The notes below the pieces were generated by a model. The model made no database searches, was not told the origin of the DNA, and was given only the letters and a program-made list of their open reading frames with translations. From Acidobacteriota bacterium (GTDB lineage: Bacteria > Acidobacteriota > UBA890 > WLXD01), in the NCBI GenBank assembly GCA_965248695.1, contig CBDFKD010000002.1, positions 2,005,201 to 2,069,200 of the forward strand: DNA of 64,000 nucleotides. The letters are read 5' to 3'. The position numbers were made by a program, and so were the translations under genes. This document shows positions 55,875 through 64,000 of this stretch, piece by piece (the first letter of the stretch is position 1; each line of letters starts with the position of its first letter).

Positions 55875-58001
55875 ATGCCGGATACCGTCACCCTGCAATC
55901 GCGCTTGGCTCCCCTGCTTGCGGCACGATCCGTGGCGATCGTCGGTGCCAGCCAGCGGCCGGGATCCACCGGCCACACCATCGTTGCCGAGCTGAAAGTA
56001 GGCGGCTTCCAGGGCCCGATCTATCCGATCAACCCGGGCTACGACGAAGTTCAGGGTCTCGAGTGTTTCGCGTCACTCGATCAGCTCCCCGAGAGCGTCG
56101 ACCTGGTGATCCTCGGGGTCAAGAACTCGCTGCTCGAGAGCCAGCTACAGCTGGCGGCGGAGTACGACGCGCGCGCGGCGGTGATCTTCGCCAGCTGCTA
56201 CGAGGAGCCGCAGGACGGCGTGCCGTCACTCGCCAAACGGCTGGCCGACATTGCCAAATCGCATGGGATGCCCGTCTGTGGCGGTAACGGCATGGGGTTC
56301 TTCAACCTGGAGAACGGCCTCCGCGCCCTCGCCTACCCCGAGCTCGCCGATCTGAAGCTCGGGCCGATCACCTGGCTGAGTCATTCCGGATCGGCATACA
56401 CGGCGATGACCCACAACCAGCGCGGGCTGAAGTTCAACCTCGCGATCTCCGCCGGCATGGAGCTCGCCACCACCGTTTCCGACTACATGAAGTACGCGCT
56501 CGAGCTCGAGTCGACCGGCGCGATCGCGATATTCCTCGAGACGGTTCGCGATCCGGCGGGATTCCGGGAAGCGCTCGAGCTAGCCAACGCCCGGGACGTT
56601 CCGGTGGTCGTGCTGAAGACGGGACGCGAGGCACTGGCTCGGGAGCTGGTGGTAGCGCACTCCGGTGGGCTCGCCGGAGAGGACGGTGCCTACGAGGCAG
56701 TGTTTCGTGAATACTGCGTGACCCGGGTCGCCACCTTGAGCGAGATGGTCGACACGTTGGAGCTCTTGTGCGCGGGCCGCCGAGCCCACCCCGGCGGACT
56801 GGCGGCAATCCACGACTCGGGCGGCGAGCGCGCTCACCTGATCGACGTCGCGGCCGAGGTCGGCGTGCCGCTGGCACAGATCTCCGAGGCCACCGTGAGT
56901 CGCCTGGCTGCGACCCTCGATCCGGGCTTGCCTGCCGTCAACCCTGTCGACGCATGGGGCACAGGCGCCAACTACGAGGAGATCTTCAGCGAATGCATGC
57001 GCGCCCTGCTCGCAGACTCCGATACCGCCGCCCTCGGTTTCGTCGTTGACCTCGCCGACTACATTCACGACCCGGGCCAAGGCTACGACTTCATGGCGGC
57101 AGAGATCTTCCAGGGAACCGACAAGCCGGTTGCCGTCTTGAGCAACATGCCAGCCTCCATCCCGCAGGACTCGGCGACGCTGATCCGAGCCGCCGGTGTA
57201 CCGCTTCTCGAGGGGACCGATACCGGACTGGCGGCTTTTCGGGCGCTCTTCGAGCGCCGCGACTTCGCGGCACTTCCCCCCTTTGCTACACCCGATCCGG
57301 TCGCGGCCGATGTGCGCGGACGCTGGCGTCGGCGGCTCGGCAACACGGCGCCCTGGGGCGAGCGGGAGGGGCTGGCGCTACTGAGCGACTACGGCATTCC
57401 CGTTGCCGAGACCGAGACCGCATGCGGCGCCGAAGCGGCGCTGGCGGCAGCGGAGCGACTCGGGTGGCCGGTGGTGCTGAAGACGGCCGCTCCCGACATG
57501 GCTCACAAGTCAGACGTAGGCGGGGTTATCACGGGGCTCGATTCCGCCCCGGCGTTCGGGCGCGCGTGCGACGAGCTCATCGAGCGTCTGGGGCCCGATG
57601 TTCTAGTGCAGAGGATGGCGCGGGTTGGCGTAGAGCTGGCACTCGGAATCGTCCGCGACGCCCAGTTCGGCCCGTTGGTCATGGTGGCTAGCGGCGGCGT
57701 GCTGGTGGAGATTGTGCACGATCGGGCTTTCGCGTTGCCGCCGCTGGATGCAGCTCGCGCTGCACGCCTGCTGGACGGCCTGACGGCCCGCCGGCTGTTG
57801 GCAGGTGTCCGCGGCGCGGCGCCGGCGGATACCGACGCGGTCGTCGATGCGATGGTTCGGCTTTCGGTGCTCGCCGCGGATCTCGGCGACCTCGTCGATG
57901 GACTCGATATCAATCCGCTGATCGCCGGCCCCGATGGCTGCGTAGCGGTCGACGCCCTCGTTGTACCGCGAAGCGACGGGGGCTTGAAGGGACAGGATTA
58001 G
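55875..58001 (+). CDS. ADP-forming acyl-CoA synthetase (acetate--CoA ligase [ADP-forming] family: CoA-binding plus ATP-grasp domains)
   Basis: Track ORF 55782..58001, with the start moved to M32 (MPDTVTLQSRL). It has a CoA-binding Rossmann motif VAIVGASQRPGSTGH and a two-domain architecture of about 709 aa. Confidence 0.75.
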   Translation: MPDTVTLQSRLAPLLAARSVAIVGASQRPGSTGHTIVAELKVGGFQGPIYPINPGYDEVQGLECFASLDQLPESVDLVILGVKNSLLESQLQLAAEYDARAAVIFASCYEEPQDGVPSLAKRLADIAKSHGMPVCGGNGMGFFNLENGLRALAYPELADLKLGPITWLSHSGSAYTAMTHNQRGLKFNLAISAGMELATTVSDYMKYALELESTGAIAIFLETVRDPAGFREALELANARDVPVVVLKTGREALARELVVAHSGGLAGEDGAYEAVFREYCVTRVATLSEMVDTLELLCAGRRAHPGGLAAIHDSGGERAHLIDVAAEVGVPLAQISEATVSRLAATLDPGLPAVNPVDAWGTGANYEEIFSECMRALLADSDTAALGFVVDLADYIHDPGQGYDFMAAEIFQGTDKPVAVLSNMPASIPQDSATLIRAAGVPLLEGTDTGLAAFRALFERRDFAALPPFATPDPVAADVRGRWRRRLGNTAPWGEREGLALLSDYGIPVAETETACGAEAALAAAERLGWPVVLKTAAPDMAHKSDVGGVITGLDSAPAFGRACDELIERLGPDVLVQRMARVGVELALGIVRDAQFGPLVMVASGGVLVEIVHDRAFALPPLDAARAARLLDGLTARRLLAGVRGAAPADTDAVVDAMVRLSVLAADLGDLVDGLDINPLIAGPDGCVAVDALVVPRSDGGLKGQD

Positions 58002-58061
58002 GCGCCGCTCTGTGGCCCGCGTCGGGCCGCTCGCACGCCATGAGGAACCGGGAGGGAAACG

Positions 58062-59246
58062 ATGCAACCGACGCCGTTTCATTCGAGAACCGCGCCACTT
58101 TGCGCTAGCAACAGCTGGGTCGAGTGGGCCGGCTACCAGTCGGCGACCATGTACGAGCTCGAGCACACACACGAGTACCATGCGGTGCGCATGGCGGCGG
58201 CACTGTTCGACGTCTCGCCGCTGCACAAGTTCCACATTCAGGGGCCCTATGCCACGCGGTTGCTCGATCGTGTCTTGACGCGCGATGTCACCAGGTGCGC
58301 CGTTGGGCAGGTGATGTGCTCGGCCTGGTGCGATGACGCCGGGTACATCATCGACGACGGCGCGCTGGCGCGGCTGGAGGACAACCTCTACCGACTGACG
58401 ACTGCGGACCCCAGCCTCGCGTGGCTGGAGGACAACGGCTACGGCATGGACGTCGAGGTCCAGGACGTCTCCGAGTCGTTCGCCGCGCTGGCGCTCCAGG
58501 GCCCGACGTCGCGCGACCTGTTGCAGGCAGCCACGCGCGACGACATCTCCTCGCTCGGCTACTTCCGCGCTGCCGAGACCCGGATCGACAACGCCCGCGT
58601 GACGGTGACCCGCACCGGCTACACCGGCGACCTCGGCTACGAGGTATGGATCGCCCCCGACGACGCCGAAACGGTGTGGGACGTCCTCATTCACCACGGC
58701 AGCAGCTACGGGATGAAACCCGCCGGAACCATGGCGCTCGAAATGGCGCGCATCGAGGCCGGTCTGTTGCTCGCAGAAGTCGACTTCATCTCCAGTCGCA
58801 GGACGATCTTCGACGTGCAGAAGTCGACCCCGACAGAGCTCGGCCTCGGCTGGATGGTCCACCTCGACAAGCCCTTCTTCGTCGGCCAGGCGGCGCTGAA
58901 GGATGAACGAGCCCGTGGCCTGGCGTGGAACACCGTCGGCCTGGACGTCGACGTCATGGCCCTCGACGCCATCTATGCGGAATTCGGCATGCCCCTGCAG
59001 CTACCTTGGGAGGCCTGGAGCGAGGCGGTGCCGGTGTATATCGGTGGCAAGCAGGTGGGCAAGGCCACCAGCGGGATGTGGTCGCCCACCCTCAAGAAGT
59101 ACATCGCGCTGGCCCGGGTCCCGCCGCAGCACGCAGCGCTCGGCAGCGCTCTGGACATCGAGATGACGGTCGAGGCGGTGCGTCGAACGGTTCCGGCGAA
59201 GGTTGTCAAGACGCCGTTCTTCAATCCGGCGAGGAAACGGTCATGA
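58062..59246 (+). CDS. GcvT-family aminomethyltransferase-like protein (folate-dependent demethylase-type)
   Basis: A 394-aa ORF with the motif TRTGYTGDLGYEVWI and overall glycine-cleavage-T-like organisation. It overlaps the next gene's start (ATGA). Confidence 0.8.
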   Translation: MQPTPFHSRTAPLCASNSWVEWAGYQSATMYELEHTHEYHAVRMAAALFDVSPLHKFHIQGPYATRLLDRVLTRDVTRCAVGQVMCSAWCDDAGYIIDDGALARLEDNLYRLTTADPSLAWLEDNGYGMDVEVQDVSESFAALALQGPTSRDLLQAATRDDISSLGYFRAAETRIDNARVTVTRTGYTGDLGYEVWIAPDDAETVWDVLIHHGSSYGMKPAGTMALEMARIEAGLLLAEVDFISSRRTIFDVQKSTPTELGLGWMVHLDKPFFVGQAALKDERARGLAWNTVGLDVDVMALDAIYAEFGMPLQLPWEAWSEAVPVYIGGKQVGKATSGMWSPTLKKYIALARVPPQHAALGSALDIEMTVEAVRRTVPAKVVKTPFFNPARKRS

Positions 59247-60844
59247 GCGCCGCCGTTCATGGCACGACCAAGTACGACGCCATCGTCGTTGGCGGTGGAC
59301 ACAACGGCTTGACCACGGCCGCCTATCTGGCCAAGGCGGGGCGCAAGGTGCTGGTGCTCGAGCGCCGCCACATCCTCGGCGGCGCGGCGGTGAGCGAAGA
59401 GGTGTTCCCCGGCTTTACTTTCACCGTCTGTTCGTACGTCGTGAGCCTGCTGCGACCGGAAGTCATCCGCGAACTCGACCTCCCCAAGCACGGCCTACAG
59501 GTCATCCCGCTGACCGGGGCGTTCACGCCCATGGAGGATGGCAACTACATCGCCTTCTGGCCCGACGCATTCAGCACGCGCGAGGAGATCAAGCGGCACT
59601 CGGTACGCGACGCCGACCGGTACGAAGAGTTCAACCAGCTGATGTACGAGATGGCCTACGCGGTGAAGCCGATTCTCGGCATGGTGCCGCCCGACCTGGT
59701 ATCGCCGAGCCTGCGCGATATCAACACCTTGCGTGAGCTGTCCCGGCACATGAAGGGACTCGGCAAGCGCAAGTTCCACTACCTCCACAAGATCATGACG
59801 ATGAGCGCGGCCGACTTCCTCGCCGAGTTCTTCGAGACCGACGTCATGAAGGCCGCGATGTCGATCAGCGGCATCATCGGCACCATGCTGGGTCCCTGCT
59901 CGCCGGGCACCGCCTACGTGCTGCTGCACCACTACATGGGCGAGCTCGACGGTGCTTTCACCGCCTGGGGCTCCCAAAAGGGAGGCACCGGGGGAGTGAG
60001 CGAGGCGCTGGCCAGCGCCGCCCGCGGTCACGGCGCCGAGACGCGCTGCAGTGCCACGGTCGAGAAAGTGATCGTCGAGAACGGACGCGCGATCGGCGTG
60101 GCACTCGAGAGTGGCGAGGAGATTCGTGCCGACGTGGTGGTCTCCGGGTGCGACCCCAAGGTCACGTTCCTGAAGCTGCTCGATCGCAAAGACCTCCCCG
60201 CCGACCTCGTCGAGTCGATCGAGCGGTTCAAGTTCCGGGGCTCGTCGGGAAAGGTCAACCTGGCGCTCGACGGGCTACCGGTTTTCTCCGCCGCTCCCGA
60301 TCCCACCTACCTGCACGGCATCGGCATGGTGGAGATCGCGCCTAGCCTCGCCTACATGGAAAAAGCGTACGACGAGGCCAAGTACGGCGGCTTCTCGAGC
60401 CGGCCGTACATGGATGTCGTCGTTCCGACCGCCGTCGACCCGTCGATGGCGCCGCCGGGCAAGCACGTCATGTCGATCTTCGTGCAGTACGCCAACTACG
60501 AGCTCGAGAACAGCACTTGGGGGGACGAGCGCGAGAACTTCGGTGACGCGGTCATCGACACGCTGGCCGAGTTCTCGCCCAACCTCAAGGACATGATCCT
60601 GCACCGCCAGGTGCTCTCACCGTGGGATATCGAGAAGGAGTTCGCGCTCACCACCGGCAACATCTTCCAGGGCGAGCTCACCCTCGATCAGCTGTTCTTC
60701 CTGCGACCCGCCGCAGGCTGGGCGCAGCACCGAACACCGATCCGTAACTACTACCAGTGCGGTTCAGGCACCCATCCCGGAGGTGGGATCACGGGCGGCC
60801 CCGGCCGACTCGCGGCACTCGAAATTCTCCGGGGGACAAGCTGA
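59243..60844 (+). CDS. Phytoene-desaturase-family (CrtI-like) FAD-dependent oxidoreductase, copy 1
   Basis: It lies in frame within track ORF 58925..60844, starting at MSAAVHGTTKYDAIVVGGGHNGLTTAAYLAKAGRKVLVLERR. The C-terminus carries CGSGTHPGGGITG. Confidence 0.8.
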   Translation: MSAAVHGTTKYDAIVVGGGHNGLTTAAYLAKAGRKVLVLERRHILGGAAVSEEVFPGFTFTVCSYVVSLLRPEVIRELDLPKHGLQVIPLTGAFTPMEDGNYIAFWPDAFSTREEIKRHSVRDADRYEEFNQLMYEMAYAVKPILGMVPPDLVSPSLRDINTLRELSRHMKGLGKRKFHYLHKIMTMSAADFLAEFFETDVMKAAMSISGIIGTMLGPCSPGTAYVLLHHYMGELDGAFTAWGSQKGGTGGVSEALASAARGHGAETRCSATVEKVIVENGRAIGVALESGEEIRADVVVSGCDPKVTFLKLLDRKDLPADLVESIERFKFRGSSGKVNLALDGLPVFSAAPDPTYLHGIGMVEIAPSLAYMEKAYDEAKYGGFSSRPYMDVVVPTAVDPSMAPPGKHVMSIFVQYANYELENSTWGDERENFGDAVIDTLAEFSPNLKDMILHRQVLSPWDIEKEFALTTGNIFQGELTLDQLFFLRPAAGWAQHRTPIRNYYQCGSGTHPGGGITGGPGRLAALEILRGTS

Positions 60845-62430
60845 TGGCCGATCGATACGACGTTGTCGTGATCGGCGGCGGCCACAACGGTCTGGTCGCG
60901 GCGTCCTACCTGGCGAAGGCGGGACGGAGCGTACTGGTCCTCGAACGACGTGAAGTAGTGGGCGGCATCGCGGTCACCGAGGAGCTGATCCCGGGTTACC
61001 GATTCTCGACCTGCGCCGATGCCGCATCGTCGTATCTGGCACCGGAGATCGCTGCCGATCTCGGCCTGTCGAGCCACGGCCTCGAGACCATCGAGGCAGA
61101 TCCGGTACTGCTGTCACCGCAGCCGGACGGGAGCTGCCTGCGGTTCTGGCGCGACACGGCCCGCACCGCCTCCGAGATCGAGCGCTATAGCACCGCGGAC
61201 GCGGAATACTATCCGCAGTTCGTCGATCTGATGCAGCGTCTCACCGGCATGCTTTACGGCCTGCTGGCCGTGACCCCTCCGGACATCCCGGATGTGAGCG
61301 GCCGTGATCTGGTCAGCATGCTCGGCCTGCTGGGGCCATTGCGGAAAATGGGGCGCAAGAACATCCCGGAGCTCGCGCGCGTGCTGCCGATGCCGGCGGC
61401 CGACCTGCTCAACGAGTGGTTCGAGTCGGGTGTCGTGAAGGGCGCCATCGCCGCCAGCGGGGTGCGCGCGATGACCTGGGGTCCTCGGGAGGCGGGCACG
61501 GCCTATCTGCTGCTGCACCGCTGGGCCTGCAGCGACACCGATCTGTTCCGTTCCGGATCGCTGGTGCGCGGCGGCGCCGGCAAGCTGACCGCGGCACTCG
61601 CAGCGGCGGCGCGCGACGCTGGCGTCGAGATCCGTACCGGGGAGCCCGTCGCCGCCATCGACCACATCGCCGGAGCGGCCACCGGAGTCTCACTGCAGAG
61701 CGGTGCGTCGATCGCCGCCGACATCGTCGTGTCAGGCGCGTCGCCCCGCACCACCCTCCTGGCGCTGCTCGACCCGACACGCATGCCAGCCGCCACAGTT
61801 CAGCACGCGCGCAACATCAAGTACCGGGGATCCAGCGCCCGTCTGCACCTGGCGCTGAGCGCCTTGCCGGAATTCGTGGGCATCGAGGAGAGCGAGCTGC
61901 GCGCCAGCGGCCACGTTCAAATCGCCCCGACGATAGACTATCTCCAGCGCGCCTACGATCACGCCAAGTACGGCGAGATGTCAGAGCGACCTTACCTCGA
62001 CATCTCGATCCCGTCGGCAGTCGACGACTCGCTCTCGCCTGCAGGTCACCACACGATGTCGATCGCCGTGCAGTACGCGCCGTACCACATTGACGGCGGC
62101 TGGAGCGCAGACCAGCGAGCACGACTGTTGGACACCGTGATGACGACACTGAACGAGTATGCGCCAAGAACCGGCGACCTCGTCGTGGACTCCTGTCTGC
62201 TGACCGCGGCCGATCTGGAGGCGCTTTTCGATCTTCCGGAGGGCAACCTCCACCATGGCGAGATGACCCTCGATCAGCTGCTGTTCATGCGGCCGATCCC
62301 GGGCTCGGCCCGCTACCGTGCGCCGATCGAGAACGTCTGGTTATGTGGGTCCGGGTCGCATCCGGGCGGCGTGCTGACCGGTCTGCCCGGACGCAACGCC
62401 GCACGTCAGATCCTGTCTGGGCGGCCCTGA
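60844..62430 (+). CDS. Phytoene-desaturase-family (CrtI-like) FAD-dependent oxidoreductase, copy 2
   Basis: Track ORF 60757..62430, with the start moved to MADRYDVVVIGGGHNGLVAASYLAKAGRSVLVLERR. The C-terminus carries CGSGSHPGGVLTG. The start overlaps the copy-1 stop (TGATG). Confidence 0.8.
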   Translation: MADRYDVVVIGGGHNGLVAASYLAKAGRSVLVLERREVVGGIAVTEELIPGYRFSTCADAASSYLAPEIAADLGLSSHGLETIEADPVLLSPQPDGSCLRFWRDTARTASEIERYSTADAEYYPQFVDLMQRLTGMLYGLLAVTPPDIPDVSGRDLVSMLGLLGPLRKMGRKNIPELARVLPMPAADLLNEWFESGVVKGAIAASGVRAMTWGPREAGTAYLLLHRWACSDTDLFRSGSLVRGGAGKLTAALAAAARDAGVEIRTGEPVAAIDHIAGAATGVSLQSGASIAADIVVSGASPRTTLLALLDPTRMPAATVQHARNIKYRGSSARLHLALSALPEFVGIEESELRASGHVQIAPTIDYLQRAYDHAKYGEMSERPYLDISIPSAVDDSLSPAGHHTMSIAVQYAPYHIDGGWSADQRARLLDTVMTTLNEYAPRTGDLVVDSCLLTAADLEALFDLPEGNLHHGEMTLDQLLFMRPIPGSARYRAPIENVWLCGSGSHPGGVLTGLPGRNAARQILSGRP

Positions 62431-63588
62431 ATGTACCGACTGAGCGAGGCCGATCGCGCGATTCAGACACGGGCGCGGACCTTCGTGCAGCAGGAGCTGA
62501 TTCGACACGAGGAGTACGCCGAGTCACACGACGGCGAGTTGCCTGCGGGAGTGCAGGAAGCGCTGCACGCGCGCGTCCTGGAGCTCGGCTTCGGGGCGAT
62601 GAACATGCCCGAAAGTCTCGGGGGCCCAGGCTACAGCTATCTGCAACAGACGCTGATCTCCGAGCAGATCGGGGCGGTGACCAACGGGCTGGGATGGGTC
62701 GTCTGGACGCCGCCGGAGTGGATCGCCGACGTTGCCACTCAGCACCAGCTCGACACCTGGATCATTCCGACGGTCAAGGGCGGCCGCAGCGAGTGCTACG
62801 CGATCACCGAAGAGGGCGCCGGATCGGACGTCGACGCCATCGAGTCGACGGCGATCCGCGACGACGACAGCTACGTGCTCAACGGCGTCAAGTGGCACGT
62901 CACCTCGTACAACCACGCCGACTATCTGTTCTTCCAGGGGAAGCTACCGGCGGGCGAACACGCGCTGTTCTTCGTCGACATCGACACTCCGGGCGTCAGC
63001 GTCCTCCGCACGCCGGCTTACTCGCACACCTACTCGCACCATCACCCGATCGTGAGCTTCGCAGACGTTCGCGTGCCGGCAGCGAATCTGGTCGGCAATG
63101 AAGGTGACGGCATGCAGTACGCCCACGCCTGGTTCCGCTACGAGCGGCTGATGATCGCCGCCCGATGCTGCGGCGCCGCCGAGCGATTGATCGACGAAGC
63201 CTCGGCCTTCGCAAAGCGGCGCATCGCCTACGGCCGACCGATCTCGGAATACCAGGCGATCCAATTCATGCTGGCCGACTCGGTCACCGAGCTGTGGGCG
63301 GCGCGTCTGATGACCTACGAGACGGCGCGCGAGATCGACGCCAACGCCGACGTCAAGCTGCAACATGCGCAATGCTCGATGGCGAAGCTGTACGCCTCGG
63401 AGATGGCCAATCGGGTGGCCGATCGCGCCGTGCAGGTGTTCGGTGGACGCGGTTACATGCGCGAGAACGTCGCCGAGCGTTTCTTCCGCGAGCTGCGCGT
63501 CGACCGCATCTGGGAGGGTACATCGGAGATCCAGCGGCTGATTATCGCGGCGCAGCTGCTCAAGCGAGGTAGCAGCGTTGTCGGCTAG
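62431..63588 (+). CDS. Acyl-CoA dehydrogenase family protein
   Basis: A 385-aa ORF that starts directly after the upstream stop (TGAATG). It shows AITEEGAGSDV and a C-terminal IWEGTSEIQRLIIA. Confidence 0.85.
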   Translation: MYRLSEADRAIQTRARTFVQQELIRHEEYAESHDGELPAGVQEALHARVLELGFGAMNMPESLGGPGYSYLQQTLISEQIGAVTNGLGWVVWTPPEWIADVATQHQLDTWIIPTVKGGRSECYAITEEGAGSDVDAIESTAIRDDDSYVLNGVKWHVTSYNHADYLFFQGKLPAGEHALFFVDIDTPGVSVLRTPAYSHTYSHHHPIVSFADVRVPAANLVGNEGDGMQYAHAWFRYERLMIAARCCGAAERLIDEASAFAKRRIAYGRPISEYQAIQFMLADSVTELWAARLMTYETAREIDANADVKLQHAQCSMAKLYASEMANRVADRAVQVFGGRGYMRENVAERFFRELRVDRIWEGTSEIQRLIIAAQLLKRGSSVVG

Positions 63589-63917
63589 CTGAACAGCGGT
63601 CGGGGTCGATATCTCACGCGCCCGGCGGCCCCACCGACCTCGAGGATTGGGATAAATGAATTCAACTACTTGGAGTGAGCATCCAACGCCTTGGATCGAA
63701 AGTCGTCCAGAGCCGGAAACCCAGGCTCTGACGTCAGAATCCGCCCGGGCGTCCGCGTCTCAGCTGCCCCATTCCGGCCACGCTCGCCCATCTTGGCGTC
63801 CGCGGAGAGCCTGTGCATCCAGGCTTACAGCGATCGCCGCCAGGCCGGAACGAAGATTGCATACCGTATGCGTATATTGTCGAGTATCCAGCACCCCCAA
63901 CAGTAGGGAGGATCTCT

Positions 63918-64000
63918 ATGACGGTCCGGCATAGTGCCAGACTTGCTAGCGTCGCCGTGGTGGCGACGTTTATGTTGATCGCCCCTCTCTTCACCGTGCA
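63918..64000 (+). CDS. 5' end of a gene encoding a protein with an N-terminal signal/TM segment; the rest lies beyond the window
   Basis: An ATG about 8 nt after a GGGAGG Shine-Dalgarno, translating MTVRHSARLASVAVVATFMLIAPLFTV. It follows a 330-bp lower-GC intergenic region. Confidence 0.4.
   Translation, partial: MTVRHSARLASVAVVATFMLIAPLFTV

Noticed and set aside
1-64000. Mobile elements, prophage, integrases or defence systems (restriction-modification, toxin-antitoxin, CRISPR-Cas).
   Set aside because: I looked for DDE or serine/tyrosine recombinase motifs, inverted terminal repeats, tRNA-adjacent islands and GC-atypical blocks. None were found. The only lower-GC stretches are short promoter regions at 49200-49265 and 63600-63917.

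Overview
This is a very GC-rich, gene-dense chromosomal window that looks like a Gram-negative, Acidobacteriota-like genome. Supporting clues are a secreted protein with a 'VWFA-related Acidobacterial' N-terminal domain, a DUF5916-type beta-barrel protein, and many Sec/Tat/lipoprotein signals. About 46 protein-coding genes are supported, almost all arranged in tightly coupled operons with ATGA, GTGA or TGATG junctions. I found no rRNA, tRNA, CRISPR array, transposase, integrase or phage genes.

The gene content falls into a few themes:
- Secreted hydrolases: two amidohydrolases, a C69 dipeptidase and a CehA/McbA-type metallohydrolase in one operon, plus a tandem-duplicated pair of CocE/NonD hydrolases.
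- Uptake and catabolism of amines, polyamines and quaternary amines: BCCT transporter, PotABCD-type ABC system, class-III aminotransferase, SpdH-like Tat amine dehydrogenase, Rieske oxygenase with an aldehyde dehydrogenase, MttB-superfamily methyltransferase, DDAH-like amidinotransferase and an M20 carbamoylase-type amidase.
- Acyl-CoA metabolism: three CoA ligases, two acyl-CoA dehydrogenases, a crotonase, a stand-alone Ccr-family enoyl-CoA carboxylase/reductase, and a GcvT-like aminomethyltransferase.
- Phosphoenolpyruvate carboxylase.

The structural oddities are:
- An array of seven 34-bp hairpin-forming tandem repeats that also supplies the last codons of the aldehyde dehydrogenase gene.
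- A roughly 2-kb tandem gene duplication (the CocE/NonD pair).
- Two adjacent reading frames each broken by a single in-frame stop: TAG in a fatty-acid-hydroxylase gene, and TGA between a membrane-domain ORF and a Ser/Thr kinase ORF.
- A (GGC)n microsatellite inside a coding region.
- Several inverted-repeat candidate operators.

The most plausible candidates for an undescribed system are two putative catabolic modules: a divergent ACAD–carbamoylase / DDAH-like–orphan MttB cluster, and a TetR-controlled ADP-forming CoA ligase–GcvT-like–2×CrtI-like oxidoreductase–ACAD operon. Neither has pathway-level precedent that I can name with confidence.

All family assignments are from reading motifs in the translations, without database searches. 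Coordinates follow the supplied ORF track, with starts adjusted to plausible ATG/GTG/TTG codons.
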